This document shows, in pieces, positions 24,477 to 30,754 of a DNA stretch of 32,000 bases. Source of the DNA: Ignicoccus pacificus DSM 13166 (GTDB lineage Archaea; Thermoproteota; Thermoprotei_A; Sulfolobales; Ignicoccaceae); the NCBI GenBank assembly GCA_025340205.1, contig CP006868.1, positions 1,140,001 through 1,172,000 on the forward strand, in the 5' to 3' direction. The position numbers and the translations under genes are program-made. The notes under the pieces were generated by a model that saw only the letters and a program-made list of their open reading frames with translations, had not been told where the DNA came from and did no database searches. Position 1 is the stretch's first letter, and each line of letters opens with the position of its first letter.

Positions 24477-25058
24477 TTGAGAGCCCACGTTCCTCTAGGC
24501 TTCGACGTGACCGCTCCGATATCATGCCTCTCCTCCAGCATTCCGGAGATAGAGGAGGTGTTCATTTACGTTCCCCAGAACAAGAACCCCAAGTCGCAAG
24601 AGGCGATAAACGCTCTGATGAGCTACTTGAGGGCTGTGGGAAAGTCCGGAAAAGTGATCGAGGTAAATCCTTGTTCAAAGAAGACCATAATGGAGATGGC
24701 GTTGAACCTCTCTGACAGGAACCTAATCTGCGGGGGCTCCGGGTTTAGGGCCATAGGCATAGAGCTTACCTTGGCTTGCTTGTTCACGAAGAGCAACTGC
24801 TTGCTAAGGGTTTCCTTGGAGGCAGGAGGGCCTTGCTTGGAGATGGAGCTGAAGGAGCTCTGGGAAGGGGACTTGGGAAGGAACGAGGCGATAGCCTTGG
24901 CCTACGCTATAGTGAACGGCAAGGTCTCCCCCAGCGAGCTTGAGGAGCTGGGCATGGGAAGAAAGACCGCTTGGAGGGTATTAAACAACTTAATTGATAA
25001 AGGATACTTAGTAAAGGTTGAGAGAGGTAGGTATGCTCCGCGCGCTTCTTCAGAGTAA
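24477..25058 (+). CDS. Csa3-like regulator: CARF-like Rossmann N-domain + C-terminal winged HTH
   Basis: HVPLGFDVTAPISCL, EVFIYVPQNKNPKSQEAINALMSYL and LICGGSGFRAIGIEL parallel the Csa3 N-domain layout. The C-terminal wHTH is SPSELEELGMGRKTAWRVLNNLIDKGYLVKVERGRY. Confidence 0.55.
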   Translation: MRAHVPLGFDVTAPISCLSSSIPEIEEVFIYVPQNKNPKSQEAINALMSYLRAVGKSGKVIEVNPCSKKTIMEMALNLSDRNLICGGSGFRAIGIELTLACLFTKSNCLLRVSLEAGGPCLEMELKELWEGDLGRNEAIALAYAIVNGKVSPSELEELGMGRKTAWRVLNNLIDKGYLVKVERGRYAPRASSE

Positions 25059-25093
25059 TACCCCTTCCTTGGAGATATCGCGGGCTCTGGACC

Positions 25094-25576
25094 TTGAGGG
25101 TCGCGGTGGCCGCTTGCGGTTGTGAGGGACCGGAGGAGCTGGGGAAGAGAGTAGCCTTGGGAGCGAAGGAGCTGGGCTTGGAACTAGCTCTGGGAGGATG
25201 CTGGGGCCTCATGGGGTCCGTGGTGAGGAACGCCCTGAAGGAAGGGGTGGAGGTAACGGTCTTCCTGCCGGCCGGAGCCGAGTGCATCTACAACGCTAAG
25301 ATAATAAAAACCAACATGACTCCCAATATGAGGAGCGTGCTCTTGGTCACCTCCTCCGATGCCCTCCTCGCCCTAGGAGGGGGAGCGGGAACAGTAATGG
25401 AGGTTTTCATGGCTTACAGGGAGAGGAAGCCGGTGGCCCTAATCAAGGGATATGGTATGGACAGCGACAAGTACTTCGAGATCATGAAGGACGGGGTGGA
25501 CTCGAGGGGACTTTCTCCAGTCAAGGCCTTCGAGGACCCTCTGGAGGCCCTTAGGTGGTTGAGGGGAATGGTATGA
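25094..25576 (+). CDS. SLOG/LOG-superfamily protein (TIGR00725-like Rossmann-fold nucleotide-binding protein)
   Basis: RVAVAACG..., ALGGCWGLMGSVVRNALKEG and SSDALLALGGGAGTVMEVFMAYRERKPVAL match the GG.G.M ... GG.GT..E pattern of the LOG/TIGR00725 family. Confidence 0.65.
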   Translation: MRVAVAACGCEGPEELGKRVALGAKELGLELALGGCWGLMGSVVRNALKEGVEVTVFLPAGAECIYNAKIIKTNMTPNMRSVLLVTSSDALLALGGGAGTVMEVFMAYRERKPVALIKGYGMDSDKYFEIMKDGVDSRGLSPVKAFEDPLEALRWLRGMV

Positions 25577-26430
25577 GAATAAGGGTGGAGAGCGACGAGA
25601 TAAGGGCTTCCTTAGAGCTCGACCAAGTGAACGTGATCTATGGCCCTCCTTCCTCCGGCAAGACTACCCTCCTGAAGACCTTGTACCTAGCGCTTTCAAT
25701 GAAATATTCCGGGTGCTTGAAGCACAGAACAACGGCTATACTGCTCTCTCATTTAGTAGAGGGGATAAAGCACGATAAGTGTGAGCAAGGACAACTGATA
25801 AAGTGCGAGTTCGAGGTGCCGATAGATCTGATCAAGAACGCTGTAGACTCTACCTTAGCCTCCCTCTTCTCGCTACTTCAAGTACCTCCCGCTAACGTGT
25901 TCATAGAAGATGAGAACCCTTTGGATCTTTCTAAGAGAATAAAGGAGCTGTGCAACTTAAGGGTTAGGGTAGGCACGTTCTCTTTCATAACGATGAGGTG
26001 TGAAGGAAATAGCGTAAAGGGGACGTGGGCGTGGGACCAAAGCGAGGAGATTCCCTTCCCTCCTGATATCATAGCTGAGACCTTACTTCCCTCATCTGAG
26101 GTGGAGGTCACTTACTTGCCCTCCGGAAGGAGCGACTTAGTTAAGCTGAGGAAGGTGGAAGGCCCTCTCCACTTGAGCTGCTTTTCTGATACCTACGAGG
26201 CTGAGGGTAGCTCATTTGAAGTGGAGAGGGACGTTCTGAAACAGTCTCTTAAGCACGATTGGATACTAATAGAGAACTTCTGGGGAGATAAGTATTCCTT
26301 AGACTTACTCAAGGAATTCTTGAGGCAAGTGTTGGAGAAGGGAGCTAATGTCGTAATAGAGACGAGGGATGAGAGAGTGGTGGAAGCCGTAAGGGGAGTG
26401 GGGAGGATTCTCGAACTCCCCTTCAAATAG
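25573..26430 (+). CDS. degenerate ABC/AAA_15-like P-loop ATPase
   Basis: The ATG at 25573 overlaps the upstream stop (ATGA). It has Walker A VIYGPPSSGKTTLL, YLPSGRS, Walker B-like DWILIEN, and VVIETRDE in place of the H-loop. The motif order is the same as in the ATPase at 11068-12294. Confidence 0.6.
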   Translation: MRIRVESDEIRASLELDQVNVIYGPPSSGKTTLLKTLYLALSMKYSGCLKHRTTAILLSHLVEGIKHDKCEQGQLIKCEFEVPIDLIKNAVDSTLASLFSLLQVPPANVFIEDENPLDLSKRIKELCNLRVRVGTFSFITMRCEGNSVKGTWAWDQSEEIPFPPDIIAETLLPSSEVEVTYLPSGRSDLVKLRKVEGPLHLSCFSDTYEAEGSSFEVERDVLKQSLKHDWILIENFWGDKYSLDLLKEFLRQVLEKGANVVIETRDERVVEAVRGVGRILELPFK

Positions 26431-26443
26431 CTCGGAGGAGCTA

Positions 26444-27763
26444 ATGCTTTCAGCGGGCAGAGCTTTGGACCCTAAGGAGTACTATTCCAAACAAGAGGTA
26501 AGGGAGGAGATAGCGGACTTCTTGAAGAACAGGTGGGCCGCTGTAGAGGGGAGGATAGGGGAGGAGAAGCTCTTCGCCAGGTACTTGGACGGAGAACCTC
26601 TCTGGATAAGGGATCCGGAAGACGTGACCAAGGTCCTAGAGAGGTACCCTTGGGCGAGGACCTTCTATGGAACGATAAGCGTCTACGAGGACAAGCCCTT
26701 GGGAAAGCTGAAGGGAATTACCCTCTTCTGGGACCTCGACTGCGACTACGAAATAGAGCCTTGCTTGAAGGGGGCACAGCTGATCTCGGAGTTCCTTGAG
26801 AGGCACGGAGTTAAGCCTTGGGTTAAGTTCTCGGGAAGAGGTTTCCACGTGCATGTAAATGAGAACTGCTATCCTTGGGAGAGGGAGAGGGATCCGTTTG
26901 CCCTAGCTTTGCAAGTTGAAAGGTACGTGGTGAAGAGCCTTGAAAATAAGCTGAGGGAGCTGGAGCTTATGGGAATGAAGGTAGAGACCTTGGTAGATCC
27001 GGCCAGGGTCACCACCTCTCCCCTGAGCTTGCACAGGGAGCTGGACAGAGCAGCTGTAGCTATGAAGCCCGAGGCGCTCAAGGACTTTAACTTATCGTGG
27101 TCCGATCCGAACAACTTCAAGCACGACCCGGAGGCTTGGAGGACTTGCGAGGGGTCCCTAGAAGAGCTGGTTCAGAAGGCTAGGAGCTGGTCTCCTCCGA
27201 GACCCCAAAAGGCGGTGCATCCGGGGAGGTTCCCGGTGATGGCACTTCTCCAAGCGGCTAGGTATTACCTAATGACCGGAAACTTGGAGGAGGCCTTGAG
27301 CTTCGGCCTTAACAGAGCCATATTCTACGCTTGGCTCAAGTACCACTACAACCCGGGAAGGGCCAGAAGACCTAGGGGCTACAGCGAGGAGGAGCTGAGG
27401 AGGATAGAGAAGCTGACCCCGGTAGGCCCTCTCAAGGACAAGGCTCCTAGGAGCGAGGAGGGATGGTTCGAGATAGGCGGGCAAGTGCAGAGGCCGGAGG
27501 ACTTCATGAGACAAGTGGCCAAGAGGTTCGAGGAGTCCGGCATACCCTTTGATCTGGCTTGGGAGAAGGCTTTGGAGTACGTCTCCAAGTTCCCCGAGCA
27601 CGTGCTGAAGGATCCAAATCTCTTCTTCAAGTACGTCTACGAGCCAGTGAGGGACAACTTCCTGCTGGTGCTGAGGGGAGAGGCTAGGGCCAGTCTGCCG
27701 GCGATATACCAGAGGAGGGGAAGGACTTTGACCCTCGACAGGTTCTTCAAGAAAAGCAAATGA
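26444..27763 (+). CDS. archaeo-eukaryotic primase (AEP) superfamily, PriS-like primase-polymerase with long helical C-terminal extension
   Basis: AEP motif I is LFWDLDCD, motif II is KFSGRGFHVHV and motif III is LVDPARVTTSPLSLH. A GGAGG lies 6 nt upstream of the ATG. The protein is 439 aa. Confidence 0.7.
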   Translation: MLSAGRALDPKEYYSKQEVREEIADFLKNRWAAVEGRIGEEKLFARYLDGEPLWIRDPEDVTKVLERYPWARTFYGTISVYEDKPLGKLKGITLFWDLDCDYEIEPCLKGAQLISEFLERHGVKPWVKFSGRGFHVHVNENCYPWERERDPFALALQVERYVVKSLENKLRELELMGMKVETLVDPARVTTSPLSLHRELDRAAVAMKPEALKDFNLSWSDPNNFKHDPEAWRTCEGSLEELVQKARSWSPPRPQKAVHPGRFPVMALLQAARYYLMTGNLEEALSFGLNRAIFYAWLKYHYNPGRARRPRGYSEEELRRIEKLTPVGPLKDKAPRSEEGWFEIGGQVQRPEDFMRQVAKRFEESGIPFDLAWEKALEYVSKFPEHVLKDPNLFFKYVYEPVRDNFLLVLRGEARASLPAIYQRRGRTLTLDRFFKKSK

Positions 27764-27824
27764 GAAGCGACTTTTACGTTATTAGGAATGGACTCTGAGA
27801 AGCAAGCGGGGAAAGGGGTACGCA

Positions 27825-28745
27825 GTGCTACCGCTATTCAAGAGAAAGACGTGGATCGAGGAGCCCCTCAAGGACCCCCACGTCATCGGCTTCGGATCCA
27901 CCAAGGGAGGGGCCGGGAGGACGACTATGGCAATCGAGATTGGGAGCCTCATCGCTTTCATCAGCGAGAAGAGGACGGCCATCATCGATTGGGACGTGGT
28001 CAACCCCAGGCTCACCCAAAGGGCATATAAGAGCCTTCCCATGAGGGGCCAGACCCTCGTCAAGGTAATTACCGCTAAGAACTTCGAGAGGGCCCTCAAG
28101 AACGTCTCCCTCCACGAGGTCAGCTTGAGCCAGACCTCTAGGGTCTCCGTCTTCCCCGCCCTCAGCTATGAGGACATAGATAACGGCACAGTCGATGAGT
28201 ACTTCAACATGATGTATGAGAAGCCGGAGGAGTACATTAAGAGATGCAAAACCTTAATTAAATTCTTGAGGAACAGATATGAGTACATAATAAATGACTA
28301 TCCGGCGATAACTTGGGTGGCCCTGGGTCACTTAACCCTCTCAATAAACATGCTTAGGGTCACCGCTGGAAACCTGGTAATAGTGGTGGACTCCTCCCCG
28401 TGGAGCGCCGAGCTCCTCTCCTCGAAGCTGATCCTCCCTAAGATTCAAGACTTGGACATAGGGGCTTTGGTGGTAAACATGGTGAAGCCTTCAGCAGACG
28501 CCGTTAACTGGGCGAAGAGCGTCTTCAAACCAGTCTGCGAGAGGATAAGGGCCTCTAACTTCGTGATCCTCCCCTTCGACCCCACCTTCTACGATGCTGG
28601 AATTGGAAGGTTAAAGGACGTCATAAGCGTCTCCGTGAGTCCCGTTAAGTCCTACTCTAGGAGCGCCAGGTACCTTTACCCCCTTGTGGACAGGTTTCTT
28701 AAGAATGAGAACGTACCTAAGTGTTGGTACATAGGTCCTCAGTAG
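27825..28745 (+). CDS. ParA/MinD-superfamily ATPase with deviant Walker A carrying Arg instead of the P-loop Lys
   Basis: The Walker A reads GFGSTKGGAGRTTMA, so the signature Lys is present but GK[ST] is GRT (AGG codon at 27919-27921). A' is AIIDWD and Walker B is YEYIINDYP. Confidence 0.65.
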   Translation: MLPLFKRKTWIEEPLKDPHVIGFGSTKGGAGRTTMAIEIGSLIAFISEKRTAIIDWDVVNPRLTQRAYKSLPMRGQTLVKVITAKNFERALKNVSLHEVSLSQTSRVSVFPALSYEDIDNGTVDEYFNMMYEKPEEYIKRCKTLIKFLRNRYEYIINDYPAITWVALGHLTLSINMLRVTAGNLVIVVDSSPWSAELLSSKLILPKIQDLDIGALVVNMVKPSADAVNWAKSVFKPVCERIRASNFVILPFDPTFYDAGIGRLKDVISVSVSPVKSYSRSARYLYPLVDRFLKNENVPKCWYIGPQ

Positions 28746-28872
28746 CTTGTAGACTCAAGGGTAAGGAGGCTCAATAAGGCTCATGAGATTAGATGAGTGG
28801 TGAGCTGGTATTATCACCGCCGACGCGGCTTCGACACCGCATCTTCCGAGTAGGAGCGGCAAGAGCAAGGCT

Positions 28873-29457
28873 TTGAGCTACAGAGCCAAGGACATTAAGG
28901 AGTACGCGCGCAACAAGCTCATAGTGTACACCTTAGCGCAACAGAGCAAGGTCAGTGACGTAAACGACCTCATTGAGATATTCAAGAGATCGAAGGACTT
29001 GAGGAACAGCTACCACGACGTAAAGCCTTGCTTGGAGGCTGGGCTGCTGAAGTACCTAGGTGTAATAGCGTCCGGAGTGGACGACGGCTTGGCAGACGAA
29101 GTGGACGGGGAGAGGAAGGCCACAGAGACCGAGTGCGCTGAGAGGAGCTCCTCTTTTTATAGAGCCAGAGAGCTGATTGCAGAGAACTTGAAGGTCTTTG
29201 AGGAGAACTTCGACGTGCTCGAAGAGGAGCTGAGGAAGATATTCAATCCCAACAACTTGGTAACCAGCATAAAGATAAGCGAGGAGGTAGTAGCCCTAAT
29301 GAACAAGGTGGCGAAGCAAGGAAATCTGAAGAGGGGGCTGAAGTCTAGGGCTCTCAAGGCTCTCTTCGACGGCCTCAGCTCTGAGGACTTCGAGAACGCC
29401 ATTGTTGAGATCGCCATGAAAGACCTTGACGAGCTCAGGAAGGCTCCCAAGAAATAG
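28873..29457 (+). CDS. hypothetical protein, candidate DNA-binding partner of the ParA-like ATPase
   Basis: A 194-aa ORF with a TTG start. There is a possible N-terminal wHTH (IVYTLAQQSKVSDVNDLIEIF...LEAGLLKYLG) and a C-terminal RHH-like segment (TSIKISEEVVALMNKVAKQGNLKRGLKSRALKALF). These assignments are weak. Confidence 0.35.
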   Translation: MSYRAKDIKEYARNKLIVYTLAQQSKVSDVNDLIEIFKRSKDLRNSYHDVKPCLEAGLLKYLGVIASGVDDGLADEVDGERKATETECAERSSSFYRARELIAENLKVFEENFDVLEEELRKIFNPNNLVTSIKISEEVVALMNKVAKQGNLKRGLKSRALKALFDGLSSEDFENAIVEIAMKDLDELRKAPKK

Positions 29458-29459
29458 TT

Positions 29460-29828
29460 TTACTCCTTGTCCTTGAACTTTATCAAGTCCCACTCCTCGC
29501 CGGCTTCTATGAGCCAGCCGGCAAGTATCTGGGCCAGCCTCTTTCTGGCCTCCTCCGGGCTCTTTACCTCGTACCCGGCGTCCTTCAGCGCTTGGAGGGC
29601 CTTCTCGGGCTCTATCCTTTCCATGAACTTCTCCGTCAGCTTGTCCCAGAGCTCTCCGAGCTTCCCAGTGCTCAAGTCCTTTGCCTCCTTCACCAGCTCC
29701 TCGAAGTCCTGCCTGCTCAAGAAGGCCTTGTCGTACCACTCAGTTCCCTTCACCAGCTCTAGGTAGTATCTCAAAGGCTCGTAATCCTTTATCAGCTTCT
29801 TGGAAGCGAAGGTTGGCTTCCAGCTCAC
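29460..29828 (-). CDS. hypothetical helical protein
   Basis: A 122-aa ORF with good coding composition and no recognised motif. Confidence 0.5.
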   Translation of the reverse strand: MSWKPTFASKKLIKDYEPLRYYLELVKGTEWYDKAFLSRQDFEELVKEAKDLSTGKLGELWDKLTEKFMERIEPEKALQALKDAGYEVKSPEEARKRLAQILAGWLIEAGEEWDLIKFKDKE

Positions 29829-29923
29829 TGAACTCCCCGTTCCGACGCTCCCAATAGTCTAAAAGTGGGGGAGGAAGGTCACGCTCATAACTTGAAAGCT
29901 AGGAATACCTAACGGGTGTCCCC

Positions 29924-30754
29924 TTGAGGGTAACCATACTCTCCGACGTTTACGCGGGATTAGTTCCTCATTTAGTGAAAGGACTCCTAGCGGAGTACGG
30001 TTTCTCTGCGGTAGTTCAAGATGGGGACTTCCAGATACTATTCGACGCCGGACTAACCGGAACCGTTGCCTTGAGCAACGCCGAGAAGCTCGGAATAGAG
30101 ATAAGGCCTAACTTCATCGTAGTGAGTCACGGACACTTGGACCACACCGGAGGCCTCCCGAAGGTCTTGGAAAAGGTCAAGGCTCCAGTAATAGCCCATC
30201 CGGAGGCCTTCGAGCCCAAGTTCGCCATGATAGGAGGGAAGCTCTATGAGATAGGCTTCCCCATGCCTAGGCACAAGCTGGAGGAGATGACTAGGGTAAT
30301 AGCGACGAAGTCTCCCTTGCAGATAACCGACAGGATCTTCTTCTCTGGAGAGATACCGAGGAAGTGGGGTCCGACCCACTCCGGCTTGGTTTACAAGGTC
30401 GATCCGGAGAAGGGGGTAATCCAAGACTTGGTGAAGGACGACGCTGCCTTGTACATCAAGACTCCTAAGGGCCTCTTCGTGGTGACCGGCTGCGGTCACT
30501 CGGGAGTGGAGAACATAGTGGAGTACGGATTGGAGGTAACCAAGGAAAAGAAGCTTTACGGAATTTTGGGAGGCCTCCACTTGCTGGGAGCCACCGAGGA
30601 GAGGATGATCGAGGTAGCTAAGTACTTAGCTTCCAAGAATCCCGAAATAGTAGTGCCTACCCACTGCACCGGACAGAGAGCTCAGTACCTCTTAATGAAG
30701 GAGCTCGGAGATGCCTATCGCGAGGGAGGACCGGGGGTCTCCGTCGAGCTCTGA
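29924..30754 (+). CDS. MBL-fold metallo-hydrolase (COG1237-type, related to the MJ0301 family)
   Basis: LLAEYGFSAVVQDGDFQILFDAGL and VVSHGHLDHTGGL (H.H.DH motif) are present, followed by VVTGCGHSG and PTHCTG. Confidence 0.75.
   Translation: MRVTILSDVYAGLVPHLVKGLLAEYGFSAVVQDGDFQILFDAGLTGTVALSNAEKLGIEIRPNFIVVSHGHLDHTGGLPKVLEKVKAPVIAHPEAFEPKFAMIGGKLYEIGFPMPRHKLEEMTRVIATKSPLQITDRIFFSGEIPRKWGPTHSGLVYKVDPEKGVIQDLVKDDAALYIKTPKGLFVVTGCGHSGVENIVEYGLEVTKEKKLYGILGGLHLLGATEERMIEVAKYLASKNPEIVVPTHCTGQRAQYLLMKELGDAYREGGPGVSVEL

Noticed and set aside
24477-25058. A CRISPR array or cas genes that might accompany the Csa3-like regulator.
   Set aside because: Reading all intergenic regions in the window, I found no series of regularly spaced direct repeats and no recognisable Cas protein motifs.
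25555-25572. The GTG start at 25555 for the operon ATPase, as given in the ORF track.
   Set aside because: The ATG at 25573 forms an ATGA overlap with the upstream stop. This is the coupling pattern seen elsewhere in the window, so the extra six codons are probably not translated.
27788-28115. Overlapping ORFs 27788-28030 (+), 27782-28099 (-) and 27834-28115 (-) at the 5' end of the ParA-like gene.
   Set aside because: They are Arg/Gly/Pro-rich off-frame translations. The ParA-like frame carries the Walker A motif in exactly this interval.
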